A stretch of DNA of 57,685 bases, taken from Bdellovibrionales bacterium (GTDB lineage: Bacteria > Bdellovibrionota > Bdellovibrionia > Bdellovibrionales > JAMPXM01). The stretch covers positions 1 through 57,685 of the forward strand of contig JAYUEN010000075.1 of the NCBI GenBank assembly GCA_043739185.1, read 5' to 3'. Below the pieces are notes generated by a model. The model was given only the letters and a program-made list of their open reading frames with translations, was not told where the DNA came from and did no database searches. Within the stretch, counting starts at the first letter, position 1. Every line of letters starts with the position of its first letter. Both the position numbers and the translations under genes were made by a program. This document shows, piece by piece, positions 27,771 to 38,353 of this stretch.

Positions 27771-28898
27771 TTAAACGCGTAACGAGCTTTGAGCGCGGCT
27801 TTGAATATCCATTTCACCGGCTTTAAAGGTTTCGGGGCGCCCTTCATATACGGAGGTGAGTTGTCCGCAAGCTGCATAAATATCACGGCCCATGGTTTTT
27901 CGCAGCAAAACATGAGCTCCCAAACGCATCAATTCAGCTTGAAAACGCAATACGCTTTCGCGCTCTGGTCGATTGAAATCAGAGCCCGGATGTTCATTAA
28001 AAGGAATGATATTTATTTTGCAGGGAATCCCGCGTGTCAATTGATACAATTCGCGAGCATCATTTATTGAATCCGTAACTCCTTTGAGCAAGACATACTC
28101 AAATGTAACCTTGTCGCCAGATTCAGAGCAATGCTCTTTACAAGCAGCCAAGAGTTCGCTCAATGGATACTTTTTATTGATCGGCATCACATGATCTCGA
28201 ACCTCATCGTTGGGAGCGTTCAAACTAACGGCCATTCGAACCCCGGCTTGAGTGATCAACGGCATCAGCGGCACAAGTCCTGAGGTTGAAACCGTAATTT
28301 TTCTCTTAGAAAGATTCACGCCCCATTCATTGGTCAATATTTCGATTGAGGCAAATACGCTCTCGGTATTATCGAGCGGCTCACCCATTCCCATAAATAC
28401 AATATTGCTAATGCGTTTGCCTTCAGGCTGAAGACTGTCATGAACATGCATAAATTGCCCGACAATTTCAGATGTTGAAAGTCTTCGCTTGAGTTTTTGC
28501 TTGCCGGTAAAACAGAACTTACAGGCCATATTGCAACCAACTTCAGAAGATACGCAAAGGGTAAGGCGATCTTCACCAGAAGGAATAAGAACGGTTTCAA
28601 TGGTATTGCCTTCGCCGATATCAAAGAGATATTTGCGAGTTCCATCTAAGCTTTTAAGTTCGCTTACTTTTCTGGGCAAAGAAAAATGAAAAACCCCTTC
28701 AAGCTCTTTGCTAAAACTTTTAGAAATATTCGACATTTCAGCAAAACTGCTGATACGCTTTTCGTAAACCCAGCGAAAGATCTGTTGCGCACGAAACTTT
28801 TCCTTACCCTTACCCGATATCAAAGTCTGTATTTGAGCAAGCGTAAGGTCATAGAAATTGAATTCAGCAGTTTGAGGCACTTTAAGACTTTCAAGCAT
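27771..28898 (-). CDS. rlmN: Dual-specificity RNA methyltransferase RlmN
   Basis: CVSS.VGCNMACKFC, MGMGEP, STSG, SLNAP, EYVL, ACGQL. Confidence 0.96.
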   Translation of the reverse strand: MLESLKVPQTAEFNFYDLTLAQIQTLISGKGKEKFRAQQIFRWVYEKRISSFAEMSNISKSFSKELEGVFHFSLPRKVSELKSLDGTRKYLFDIGEGNTIETVLIPSGEDRLTLCVSSEVGCNMACKFCFTGKQKLKRRLSTSEIVGQFMHVHDSLQPEGKRISNIVFMGMGEPLDNTESVFASIEILTNEWGVNLSKRKITVSTSGLVPLMPLITQAGVRMAVSLNAPNDEVRDHVMPINKKYPLSELLAACKEHCSESGDKVTFEYVLLKGVTDSINDARELYQLTRGIPCKINIIPFNEHPGSDFNRPERESVLRFQAELMRLGAHVLLRKTMGRDIYAACGQLTSVYEGRPETFKAGEMDIQSRAQSSLRV

Positions 28899-28971
28899 GA
28901 AGGCTGAAATAGCACAATTAAGCCTAAAAAACCATAATTTCAGGGGAATTTAGATTTCTTTCATACCTTAA

Positions 28972-29084
28972 ATCCAAGGCAGCCGGCAGCCGCCCCAGTT
29001 GCCAGTCTCAGATTCTGCTTTCAGACACCAGAGTGCCAGCCCCAGAAGTCTGGCACAGAAACCGCCAACCGCCGCGGCTGCCTG
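28972..29084. repeat. Dispersed intergenic repeat, direct copy (28972-29006) plus inverted partial copy (29056-29084)
   Basis: ATCCAAGGCAGCCGGCAGCCGCCCCAGTTGCCAGT matches copies at 37963 and 43086. Confidence 0.85.
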
Positions 29085-29103
29085 ACTTTTGCCTCTTTTG
29101 CCT

Positions 29104-30114
29104 CTAAAACCCCTGCACCAAACTAAGCACTTCTTCTCTCGTGCACGGAACACACCCAATTTTAGCAACCACAATCCCGGCAGCCAAATTCGCAAGAGCA
29201 CAAGCATTCTCAAGACTAAATCCTGAGCCCCAGGCCAATGCGATAGCCGCAATAACAGTATCACCTGCGCCGGTAACATCGGCCACTTGTTTTGCAAAAG
29301 TCGGCATCTCGGTCATTTGTTCGCTCTCAAAAAGGCTCATGCCTTCTTTTCCTCGGGTAATAACCATTTGTTTGCATCCGATGGCCTTCATAAGTTCATT
29401 GCCAATTTTAAGTATTTCGTTTTTATCAGGCCGAAGGCTATCTACCATAAAATGTGAAAGTGCAACTGACTCATCATAATTTGGAGTCATCAGATCGACT
29501 CCTTCATAATAATCAATCGGAGTCATGCGATTCGGATCAGCCAATATTTTCTTATTTTTTTGTCGAGCCAATTTTACAATTTTTGCGATTAAATTTTTAG
29601 ACAAAACGCCTTTTGCATAATCTTGAACAATCACCGCAACACAGCTATCTATTTGTTCATTTAATTTTTTAAGTAATAATACTTCAGTTTCTTCGTTGAG
29701 AAATTGTTTGCGCTCAAAATCAACGCGTACAATATGATGGTTTTGAACCATAATACGGGTTTTGCGCGTGGTGGGTCGATCGAGGCTTGTAATCAGGCCA
29801 TCGGTGCCGACATTGGCTTTTTTTAATAACTTTCGCAAATCTTCAGCTGCCGAATCACTTCCCACGATGCTGAGCAAATACGGAACTCCACCCAGACTTG
29901 AAATATTTTGCGCCACATTTGCTGCAAGTCCTAAGCGAAATTCTTGAGTTTCAACCTCTACCACCGGCACCGGTGCCTCTGGACTAATACGCCTGACCGA
30001 TCCAAAAACATATTCATCGAGTCCGACGTCGCCAATGATAATTACTTTTTTCTGATCTAGTTTATTGATGTTTTGGCGAACAAAGCTCGCATAATCTTTA
30101 AACGTATTACTCAT
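29104..30114 (-). CDS. hldA: D-glycero-beta-D-manno-heptose-7-phosphate kinase (RfaE domain I)
   Basis: GDV.LD.Y..G...RISPEAPVPV, TTRKTR, DYAKG, TPN, DVTGAGDT. Confidence 0.9.
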   Translation of the reverse strand: MSNTFKDYASFVRQNINKLDQKKVIIIGDVGLDEYVFGSVRRISPEAPVPVVEVETQEFRLGLAANVAQNISSLGGVPYLLSIVGSDSAAEDLRKLLKKANVGTDGLITSLDRPTTRKTRIMVQNHHIVRVDFERKQFLNEETEVLLLKKLNEQIDSCVAVIVQDYAKGVLSKNLIAKIVKLARQKNKKILADPNRMTPIDYYEGVDLMTPNYDESVALSHFMVDSLRPDKNEILKIGNELMKAIGCKQMVITRGKEGMSLFESEQMTEMPTFAKQVADVTGAGDTVIAAIALAWGSGFSLENACALANLAAGIVVAKIGCVPCTREEVLSLVQGF

Positions 30115-30875
30115 TGCAAACCTTTTTGATTTGTATTGGAGCCTGATTCTTCAAGCTCCTTTATTAAAGCTTTATACTTGGCCTGTTTGGATTGCAAGTC
30201 TTGCGCGAGTTTCGCAATTTCAAGCTGAAGATTTTCGTTTTGCAGGCTCAGCTCGAGCACTTTCACTTCTTGCTTCTTGCTTCTGTCGGCTAGCTGCTGA
30301 AGATTCAAAGACTCCGGAATGAGAGGCCTGAGGCTAATGATGCGCTTTTTATAAAATTCAATTTCTTTTTGCAAGGCCCGCTCGGTTTGAATCAGGCCTT
30401 TGAGTTCCTCATAAACAGCTTTGAATTTTTCTTCTAGACGCGGCCAATTTTTAAGGCGGGCTTGTTTGTAAAACTCGCCAAAAATCGGCCCAGTCAGCGC
30501 ATTGGCTTCGCTTAAGGATTTGATTTCTTGTTCTACTTTGAGTTCGACTCCGGCTTCATGTAGTTTGGCTTCAAGCTCAGCTGGCAGACTCTTGTGCGCG
30601 ATGAGCAAAAGCCTTTCGCCACGCTTTCCTAAGACCTTTTGAAGAGCCACGAGTTGAAGAAAAATCTCTTCGAGCGCGCCTAGGTTTTGCGCAATATCAA
30701 TTTCAAACTTGATGACGCGTCGTTTTAGGGCATTCTCAACTGCCTGCATAAACGAAGCTTTCACATCGCTCGGGCTTTCGAGAGTCATGATGATTGCATC
30801 ATTATTTTTGAGTTGAACATTAAATCCCAGAGTTAGCCCCTTTTTTTGCATTTGCTTTCTATGACGTGTCTCCAA
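30111..30875 (-). CDS. Hypothetical protein (STAS-like N-terminus, coiled-coil C-terminus); start uncertain, possibly 30788
   Basis: Long ORF overlapping heptose kinase start by 4 nt. Confidence 0.6.
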   Translation of the reverse strand: METRHRKQMQKKGLTLGFNVQLKNNDAIIMTLESPSDVKASFMQAVENALKRRVIKFEIDIAQNLGALEEIFLQLVALQKVLGKRGERLLLIAHKSLPAELEAKLHEAGVELKVEQEIKSLSEANALTGPIFGEFYKQARLKNWPRLEEKFKAVYEELKGLIQTERALQKEIEFYKKRIISLRPLIPESLNLQQLADRSKKQEVKVLELSLQNENLQLEIAKLAQDLQSKQAKYKALIKELEESGSNTNQKGLQ

Positions 30876-30964
30876 TGGTAATTCACTTTGATTTCAACTT
30901 GCAAAGCAAAATGCAAAGCTGTGTAATAGACCTCCGAAACATCATACACTCGAAGGAATTGTGC

Positions 30965-32221
30965 ATGGAATATAATGATAACGAACTTTTCGTAAATACT
31001 ATTAAGGGACTTGAAACTGCCGCCGCGGTAATTAATTGTGATCCAAATGTGCTAGAGCGAATTAAAAGACCACGCAAGGCGATTGTCGTTAGTATTCCGG
31101 TAAGAATGGACGATTACAAAGTTAAAGTTTTTACTGGCTATAGAGTTCAGCATAGTTCGACGCTTGGCCCATTTAAAGGCGGCATTCGCTATCACGAAGG
31201 CGTTGACATTGGTGAGGTCGCGGCACTTGCAACTCTTATGACCTTTAAGTGTTCGCTTTTGACTCTACCTTTGGGCGGCGCAAAAGGTGGCGTTAAAGTT
31301 GATCCGACGCTATTATCTCGAACTGAAAAGCAAAATTTGACGCGCAGATTTACTAGTGAGCTTGGCAACTCAATTGGACCCAATATTGATATTCCAGCTC
31401 CCGATATGGGAACGGACGCTCAAACCATGGCTTGGATGATGGATACCTATTCGCAAGAAGTTGGTTACGCCCAGCCAGGTGTTGTAACTGGCAAGCCCAT
31501 CGAAATTGGGGGCTCATTTGGTCGCACTGGGGCCACAGGCCTTGGTGTGGTTTTCTCCGCCGAGAAGGCTTGCGAAAAACTCAAGATGAAGTTTTCTGGA
31601 TCAACTATGGTTGTACAAGGTTTTGGAAATGTCGGCATGCACGCCGCAATGTACGCCCATGAGCGCGGGTGTAAAGTCTTGGCTGTCAATGATGTTCACT
31701 CTGGAATTTACGATCCAAAGGGTCTTAATATTCCTGATGTCATAAAATATATGAATGAGACGAAATCACTTCGCGGCTACCCGAAGGCTGAAGCGGTAAC
31801 CAGCGAACAATTGTTGGCAATCGAATGTGATATTTTAGCTCCGTGCGCTTTAGATGGCGCCATCACGGCGAGCAATGCCGGCAAAATAAAAACCAAAATC
31901 ATCATCGAAGGTGCCAACGGCCCATGCACCATGGAAGCATCTAAAATGCTGATTGATAAAGGCGTCATCATCGTACCAGATATTTTGGCAAATGGTGGCG
32001 GCGTGATCGTGAGCTATTTTGAGTGGGTTCAAGGTTTGCAATGGTTCTTCTGGAATGAAGACGAAGTGAATAATAAAATGAAACAGATTATCACCACTGC
32101 CTTTGATAAAGTTTGGGAACTCAAAACTGAAAAAAAGATCGATATGAGAACTGCGGCGATGGCTCAAGCCATTCGTCGCCTTGAAAAAGCCATGTTGTTA
32201 CGAGGACTTTATCCGAGATAA
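30965..32221 (+). CDS. gdhA: Glu/Leu/Phe/Val dehydrogenase (glutamate dehydrogenase)
   Basis: GP.KGGIRYH, MTFK, GGAKGG, DIPAPD, QGFGNVG, EGANGP, SYFEWVQ; start at ATG 30965 after AAGGA. Confidence 0.93.
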   Translation: MEYNDNELFVNTIKGLETAAAVINCDPNVLERIKRPRKAIVVSIPVRMDDYKVKVFTGYRVQHSSTLGPFKGGIRYHEGVDIGEVAALATLMTFKCSLLTLPLGGAKGGVKVDPTLLSRTEKQNLTRRFTSELGNSIGPNIDIPAPDMGTDAQTMAWMMDTYSQEVGYAQPGVVTGKPIEIGGSFGRTGATGLGVVFSAEKACEKLKMKFSGSTMVVQGFGNVGMHAAMYAHERGCKVLAVNDVHSGIYDPKGLNIPDVIKYMNETKSLRGYPKAEAVTSEQLLAIECDILAPCALDGAITASNAGKIKTKIIIEGANGPCTMEASKMLIDKGVIIVPDILANGGGVIVSYFEWVQGLQWFFWNEDEVNNKMKQIITTAFDKVWELKTEKKIDMRTAAMAQAIRRLEKAMLLRGLYPR

Positions 32222-32222
32222 A

Positions 32223-33242
32223 ATGAAGCCGTTGTTTAAAACCAAAGCTCGACCCTGGCTTTGGCTCTCGCCTCAAATGGCCCACGACTTGGGACCGCTT
32301 GGGCTCAAGATTTGGGCTAAATTTTTAAGCGAAAAATCCTATTCTTGGCGCCCTTTTAATTGGCGCGGCCTGCACTTTCGCAATCCCCTGGGGATTGCAG
32401 GCGGAGTTGATAAAACTGGTGAAGCCCTGTCAGCTTGGTACAAATTTGGCTGCGGCTTTCTTGAACTTGGAACTATAACTCCAGTTGCGCAAAAAGCAAA
32501 CCCGGGTTTGATTTTAGATCGAGATATTGAAACTCGATCGGTGTGGAATAAAATGGGATTTCCGGGGCCAGGTGCTGCGTCCGTGGTGCAGAGATTGAAC
32601 AATCTGGGCACCCAAGTCCCTCGACCACTTTTTATAAATATAGGCAAAAACCGAGATACCTCAAACGAAGATGCGGCAATCGATTATGTGAAATGCTTTG
32701 AACAATTAAAGGACTTTGCCGACGCATTTGTAATCAATATTTCCAGTCCGAATACCTCGGGTTTGCGCCAATTAAGTGATCAAAAGTTTCTTGAAAATTT
32801 ATTGGCTGAAATTGCGCTGGCGCAAAAGAAATTGAAGACTAAGAAACCAATTTTGCTTAAGCTCAGCCCTGACATGAATGAATCCGAAACCAATGATTTG
32901 CTTGCGCGCTCACTTTCACAAAACATTGATGGTTGGATTTTAACAAATACAACTACAAGTCGCGAACCCCACTCGAAATTTCAAAAAGAAGGTGGCCTTT
33001 CGGGCGCGCCACTTGCTGAACTTTCAAAGCGAAGGTTGCAGCAGTCAGTCAAGTTTTTAGGAAGCTCCAAACAAGATCGTCTACTCATCTCGGTTGGAGG
33101 CGTTATGAGTCCAGAAGACGTGAAGGAGAGACTTGAGATCGGCGCAGATCTTGTTCAAGTTTATTCGACCTTAATTTTTCAAGGACCACTATTTTTTAGC
33201 GAGGTCGCAAAATACTTTGATAAACACAGCGCCAAGATCTAG
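32223..33242 (+). CDS. pyrD: Quinone-dependent dihydroorotate dehydrogenase
   Basis: NPLGIAGG.DK, N.MGF, NIGKN, NISSPNT, KLSPD, TNTT, GGLSG. Confidence 0.95.
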   Translation: MKPLFKTKARPWLWLSPQMAHDLGPLGLKIWAKFLSEKSYSWRPFNWRGLHFRNPLGIAGGVDKTGEALSAWYKFGCGFLELGTITPVAQKANPGLILDRDIETRSVWNKMGFPGPGAASVVQRLNNLGTQVPRPLFINIGKNRDTSNEDAAIDYVKCFEQLKDFADAFVINISSPNTSGLRQLSDQKFLENLLAEIALAQKKLKTKKPILLKLSPDMNESETNDLLARSLSQNIDGWILTNTTTSREPHSKFQKEGGLSGAPLAELSKRRLQQSVKFLGSSKQDRLLISVGGVMSPEDVKERLEIGADLVQVYSTLIFQGPLFFSEVAKYFDKHSAKI

Positions 33243-33253
33243 GCTGTTTCCTT

Positions 33254-33664
33254 ATGGCATTGAAGCGTCCGGTTTGGATTCCCGTAGTGACGGGACTTAT
33301 TCGAAAGGGTGATAAAGTTCTGGTCGGACAGCGGCCCGTTGGGCATTCCCTTGCCGGCCAATGGGAGTTCCCTGGCGGAAAAATTGAAAAAGGTGAGACT
33401 CCAGAACAAGCTTTAGCCCGCGAACTCAATGAAGAGCTTGCCATTGACGCTGAAATTGGCGCATTGAAAATTGCGAGCACGCATTCTTATGGTGATACCG
33501 GCATTTTAATATTATTTTTTGAGGTATTATTTTGGAAGGGTGAACCGAAGACGGTCCATCATATGGAACTCAAATGGATTCATCCAAGTGAGCTCTCAAG
33601 TTTAAAAATTCCGGATGCCAATAAGAAGATTCTAGATCGGCTGACTTCTGTACTGAGCACCTAG
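33254..33664 (+). CDS. rppH: Nudix hydrolase, orthologue of Bdellovibrio RNA pyrophosphohydrolase BdRppH (MutT-like)
   Basis: Nudix box GGKIEKGETPEQALARELNEEL; WIPVV, LVGQRP, THSYGD.GILILF and WKGEP match BdRppH (Bd0714) as recalled. Confidence 0.8.
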   Translation: MALKRPVWIPVVTGLIRKGDKVLVGQRPVGHSLAGQWEFPGGKIEKGETPEQALARELNEELAIDAEIGALKIASTHSYGDTGILILFFEVLFWKGEPKTVHHMELKWIHPSELSSLKIPDANKKILDRLTSVLST

Positions 33665-33679
33665 CGACTGGAATAACCC

Positions 33680-34771
33680 ATGGCAAAGATCGTGGTTTTT
33701 AGTGACGCAATAATCGAAGGTCATGCGCGCACACACTTTTCACGGCAAATTGTAAATCATGCTGCTGAAACCGCGAATGAAATTTATTTTGTAACTCACA
33801 ACAATGAAGAAGATGATCTTTCTGGTTACCACCCTAAAGTTCAAATTTTAAGACCTTTTCGTAGCTGGACGATTCTTGAAGCCGCAAAGCTTTTGCCCAT
33901 ACTTTTTCAGCTAAAGGCCGATATTTTTCATTTTGTTCAACCTCAGAAGAAAATCGGGCTCAATCATGCGTTTCCGGTTTTGGCGGCCTTTGCACATTCC
34001 TTAAATACTCAGAATATTTTGAGTCTCATCGACTTTGAGCCCAAACTTTCGCGCGGACTTGAAGCCTTGATTTTGACTAGTCAATTGATCAGCGTCATCG
34101 ATCCTTCGCAGGCAAGCTTTCTCACTCAACGATTTCAAAAACTTAGAATTGAGTGTCTGCCGGCACGAGCTTTTCAAGATTGGACCTATTCAGACGAACA
34201 AGCTCAATTAGGTGCTGAAGCTTTTATTTTTCTTCCTGAAAACCTGCACCAGTATCAAAATCCATTTCTTATCCTTAAAATTTTGGTGAACATACTGTCT
34301 TCACATCCCAATTTGCATCTCGTTTGTTCCGGAAGTCTTCTCAATTTTGATTTAAAGACAAGGCGGCGGATTTTGCAAAGTCTCGGCCCGATTGCGCCTC
34401 GAATTCAATGGACTGGACCTCTCACACAAAAGAAAAAATTATTGATTCTAAAAAAGTCCGAACTTGTCCTCCTGGCTGGACTACGCTTTTCACCGCAACT
34501 CATTCACGAAAATCTCAGTCTCGTTTTAGGTGCCCAATCCGCAACGATCTTGAGCCCAAACCAGGTCACGACTAGCCAAATTCACATCGTGAATGATGTC
34601 CACGCAAAAGTTGTTGAAGATTCAGAAATTGAATCGGCTCTTCGGACACTACTTGGCTCACCTGAAAAATGCGAAGTGATGCGTAATAATCTGGCAAGCC
34701 TCAAGCAGCTTCATTCAGAAGATGAACTTGGCAATCAACTTAGCCGAATCTATGCAAAGCTTCTTTCTTAA
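33680..34771 (+). CDS. Glycosyltransferase-like (GT-B) protein, divergent
   Basis: ADIFHF motif, overall GT-B-like layout, operon with GT4 and ligase. Confidence 0.6.
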   Translation: MAKIVVFSDAIIEGHARTHFSRQIVNHAAETANEIYFVTHNNEEDDLSGYHPKVQILRPFRSWTILEAAKLLPILFQLKADIFHFVQPQKKIGLNHAFPVLAAFAHSLNTQNILSLIDFEPKLSRGLEALILTSQLISVIDPSQASFLTQRFQKLRIECLPARAFQDWTYSDEQAQLGAEAFIFLPENLHQYQNPFLILKILVNILSSHPNLHLVCSGSLLNFDLKTRRRILQSLGPIAPRIQWTGPLTQKKKLLILKKSELVLLAGLRFSPQLIHENLSLVLGAQSATILSPNQVTTSQIHIVNDVHAKVVEDSEIESALRTLLGSPEKCEVMRNNLASLKQLHSEDELGNQLSRIYAKLLS

Positions 34772-34824
34772 ATGCCAACTCGAGATGTGCTTGCGAGTCG
34801 CGCAATCAGAAGTTAATCTTAATC

Positions 34825-36093
34825 ATGGCGGCGAAGGCTCTTTTACCTGAAAAATTAAATGTTTGTTTAATCTCAAGACAGTTTCATGTCCCAAGACGCA
34901 CGTCTGAGCATAATTTTTTTTGGCTCATTGCCCGTGGCTTAGTTCAACGCGGGCACTCTGTCAAAGTACTTGCATTTCAAAACCCAAATTCGACTCAAAC
35001 AATTGAAAAAGACGGGGTACAAATTTTTTATTTAGGAGAAGGAAAATCTTCAAAACGTAGATTGGATTTTGCAGATTTAATAAAAGAAAAGTTTGTTGAA
35101 CTTCATCAACAAACTCCATTTCATATTCTTCATAGCATTGATCCCGCAGCTTATAAAATCAGTAAATTCAAAGATGATTATAAAATTTCAGTGGTTTATG
35201 ATGTCGAAGCAACTCAAATGTCGCAGCTCTTTGCAATTCAAGGCATGGCTCAAGAAACGCTCGGAAGCCTTCTCAGCACTTCCGTTGCCGTTGCCTATAA
35301 ATTTTTGCGAACTTATTTAAGCCGAGATCGAAAATTGCTACAAAGTGCGGACGGGGTTTTTGTAACCAGTCCACAGCAACGAATTATGCTCGAGCGATAT
35401 TATTTGTATCCCGATGCCCGAATTCATACTGTACCCTACGGTATTGAGGTCGGCGATCTGAGTCCTCGCGAAAAGTCAGATGAACTTCGAAAGCAATTAT
35501 CCATTCCTGAAAATGCCAAGACGATTGTAACCATTTCTGAAATGAATGAAGTAAATGAGCTGCGAAATTTATTTTACTCATTTGAAAAGTTGGTCATTAA
35601 AAAACCGAATTCAAGATTAATAATTTTAGGAAACGGCCCCAAATATTTTGATATTGAGCGCGTTATTCTCAACCTTGCACTTGGCAGTAAAGTTATTTTG
35701 GCAGGTGCCGTTCATAGCAGTGACGTCCCGGATTATATTGCGTTGGCTGATGTTTACATCAATACCAGTGCACGGACCACGGGTTTTGAGCCTGGATTGA
35801 TTGAGGCTATGTCGCAAAAAAAAGTTATCATTGGCTCGGAAGTGAGTCCGATGTCGAGCATTGTCGAAAAGTCAGTCGATGGATTTTTAATACGGCCCGC
35901 GGACGTAAAAGAATTGAGTCATCTGCTCCTGGATATATTCAATGACGATTTACCAATTTTAGAAATTGGGGAAGCCGCCCGCCAGAAAATATTGAATCTA
36001 TTTGATATTGAAAAAATGCTCTCAGAAAGCATCAATGCCTACTTTGAAATATTATTTAGTACCGGCAAATATCGCCGACCAAAGAAGAATTAG
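34825..36093 (+). CDS. Glycosyltransferase family 4
   Basis: LVQRGHSV.V, LADVYIN, LIEAMS..K.VIGS, DGFLI.P.D. Confidence 0.9.
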   Translation: MAAKALLPEKLNVCLISRQFHVPRRTSEHNFFWLIARGLVQRGHSVKVLAFQNPNSTQTIEKDGVQIFYLGEGKSSKRRLDFADLIKEKFVELHQQTPFHILHSIDPAAYKISKFKDDYKISVVYDVEATQMSQLFAIQGMAQETLGSLLSTSVAVAYKFLRTYLSRDRKLLQSADGVFVTSPQQRIMLERYYLYPDARIHTVPYGIEVGDLSPREKSDELRKQLSIPENAKTIVTISEMNEVNELRNLFYSFEKLVIKKPNSRLIILGNGPKYFDIERVILNLALGSKVILAGAVHSSDVPDYIALADVYINTSARTTGFEPGLIEAMSQKKVIIGSEVSPMSSIVEKSVDGFLIRPADVKELSHLLLDIFNDDLPILEIGEAARQKILNLFDIEKMLSESINAYFEILFSTGKYRRPKKN

Positions 36094-36104
36094 ATGAGGA
36101 CTTT

Positions 36105-37472
36105 ATGTCGACCCTAGTAACTCCAAGTGCAAAATCTCATGAACGCGTCACCGGACGTTGGAATCAAGAAATCAAAGCTCAGACCAAACAAGATTGGTCG
36201 AGTTATTATATCAAACAGGTTGCGGGAACGCCATTGCCTTGGCTCATTTCAGTTTTTTTGTTTTTGAGTTTTGTCAGCCCTTTGGTGAATGATATTACTG
36301 CTTGGATTTGCGCTTTACTTGCAAGCATTTATATACTGGCCGATCGCTTTTCAGGAACCAAAGAATTTTCACTCTTTCCTATTGGTGTTGACCTCGCCAT
36401 TGGCGCTTTCATTTTCGTTTTAACTCTGAATGCGCTCTTCATTGGTCATGGCGGTCTCCTAGCTCTTTTCAACTTCAAATGGCTTTTACTGCCTTATTTC
36501 TTCGCCTATCTTCTAGAGTTGTTTCCTGGTTTAAATGGGATGTTTCAAATATTATTTGGCGCAAGTTTATTAGCGTCTTTGTATGCCTTTATTCAACACT
36601 TTGTCGGTGTTGAATGGATTAGCAGTCGAAACCTTGAGTTTGCACCGCTTAAGGAATTTTCATATTTTTGCATTCAAGGCTTTAGCCAATATCCAGAAGT
36701 CTTTGCCAGTCTCATCGCAATGATTCTTCCTTTACCGATTTGCTGTTATCTTTCTGCCGAGCGAAGGAATTCAAAAGTACTTCGCACTATTTCTCTTTTA
36801 CTCAGTTTTACACTTATGTTGGTTATTTTTTGGACCTACCGTCCTGGGCTTTGGATCGCTAGTTTAGGCGGCGTTCTCATTTGCTTGATTATTCACTCGC
36901 AAAGACAAATAAAATTCATTTTAGGTAGCATTCTGTTTTTCACCTGTGTTGTCTTAATTGCCTATCAATCACCAAGTCAATTTTGGCATCAAATGAAAGA
37001 TCGTGAGAGCTTAAGGGCAGCTGTTGAGCGCGAACACATCAATGAACTATTTGCGCAATTTGCTCAAAACCCAATATTAGGAATTGGAATTCAGAGTGGA
37101 CCAAATTTTAACCAAAACTTTGCTGCCCCTGATTCCGAAATGAAGTCTCCGAAAGAGCTTGAAACAAATGTTTATTTTGAATTGCTTGCCCAAATTGGAT
37201 TCATCGGAACATTTGCGTATTTTGCAATGATTCTACCTTTTTTGCTTTTTTCATATCGTCTCTTTAAGGAAATACCGGCCTCACATTACTGGCATCGGGT
37301 TTTGGCGGCAGCGATAGCGGCCGGCCAAGTCAGTTTTCATTTGTCCGGGCTTTACTGGAGCACGATCTCACATTCGAGTCTTACTAATTTGTTTGCCTTT
37401 TATATGGCGGTCGTCGCTTACCTTCATCATCACTATATGAAGGGCTTGGTCCCCGACGATCACTCTTTATAA
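36105..37472 (+). CDS. O-antigen ligase (WaaL/Wzy_C) family membrane protein
   Basis: Multiple TMs, TYR..WI, NPILGIG, N.YFELLAQIGFIG. Confidence 0.8.
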   Translation: MSTLVTPSAKSHERVTGRWNQEIKAQTKQDWSSYYIKQVAGTPLPWLISVFLFLSFVSPLVNDITAWICALLASIYILADRFSGTKEFSLFPIGVDLAIGAFIFVLTLNALFIGHGGLLALFNFKWLLLPYFFAYLLELFPGLNGMFQILFGASLLASLYAFIQHFVGVEWISSRNLEFAPLKEFSYFCIQGFSQYPEVFASLIAMILPLPICCYLSAERRNSKVLRTISLLLSFTLMLVIFWTYRPGLWIASLGGVLICLIIHSQRQIKFILGSILFFTCVVLIAYQSPSQFWHQMKDRESLRAAVEREHINELFAQFAQNPILGIGIQSGPNFNQNFAAPDSEMKSPKELETNVYFELLAQIGFIGTFAYFAMILPFLLFSYRLFKEIPASHYWHRVLAAAIAAGQVSFHLSGLYWSTISHSSLTNLFAFYMAVVAYLHHHYMKGLVPDDHSL

Positions 37473-37604
37473 TATTAGTTTGTAAAAATATTAGACTGGT
37501 CTCATGTCTAGAATTCTTGTGAAATTTGTGATTAAAAATCCAAGAATTGACAGCACTCCTGATGTCCTTGAGGCTACTAGAAAGCAAATTTTCAAGGAGG
37601 AAAA

Positions 37605-37958
37605 ATGAAAATAAAATTATTAGTTGCAGCGGCCTGTTTACAATTGTTCACTTTAAATTCTTTTGCCGATATGATCGATTTTCATATTGCAAATGGCACA
37701 GTTGAGAAAGCTTGGAATAGCGCTCAGACGCCAATCAAAGCTAAGATTGGTGACACTATTCATATGATCAATGATGATTCCGTAGTTCATCGTCTACATA
37801 CCTACGGCGCCCCATGTGATCACGGACCTGATTTTGCCCCGGGTGCAACTTGGGATTGCGTTGTTACAGGTGCTTATAGTTCAACAACTGATGGCGCACT
37901 TTATGACCATAATTATGGCGAAAGCGCTGAGGTTTGGTTTGAAGTTACAGAGAAATAG
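37605..37958 (+). CDS. Small exported cupredoxin-like protein
   Basis: AAGGAGG RBS, signal peptide, K.GDTI...N.D...H..H pattern typical of cupredoxin folds. Confidence 0.65.
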   Translation: MKIKLLVAAACLQLFTLNSFADMIDFHIANGTVEKAWNSAQTPIKAKIGDTIHMINDDSVVHRLHTYGAPCDHGPDFAPGATWDCVVTGAYSSTTDGALYDHNYGESAEVWFEVTEK

Positions 37959-37962
37959 TTAG

Positions 37963-37997
37963 ATCCGAGGCAGCTGGCAGCCGACGCGGTTGCCAGT
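37963..37997 (+). repeat. Dispersed intergenic repeat copy
   Basis: ATCCGAGGCAGCTGGCAGCCGACGCGGTTGCCAGT with internal CTGGCAGCCG/CGGTTGCCAG hairpin. Confidence 0.85.
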
Positions 37998-38071
37998 CGC
38001 CGTCTCAGTTGCCGGTTTCAGTTACAGGTATCGGTTTTCAGACTGCCGGCCCCGGAGATTCTGACTTTTTA

Positions 38072-38353
38072 TTACTTCGACTTATTAATATCTTCTTTAA
38101 GCTCTTTGCCAGCTTTGAAAAAGGGACGCTTTTTTTCTTGAACATTGATGACTTCGCCAGTACGTGGATTGCGTCCTTTATAAGCTCCATAATCACGATT
38201 GGCAATTGAACCAAAGCCACGAATTTCGATCCGATCATCTTTTAAAAGTGATTCAACCATAGAATCAAAAATGGTATTGACGACGGTTTCAGCTTTGACT
38301 CGTGTAATACCTGCTTTTTCGGAAATGAGATTTATGAGATCTGCTTTTGTCAT
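38072..38353 (-). CDS. HU/IHF-family DNA-binding protein (IHF beta-like)
   Basis: MTKADLI, IEIRGFG, GRNPRTGE, PFFKAGKELK. Confidence 0.93.
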   Translation of the reverse strand: MTKADLINLISEKAGITRVKAETVVNTIFDSMVESLLKDDRIEIRGFGSIANRDYGAYKGRNPRTGEVINVQEKKRPFFKAGKELKEDINKSK

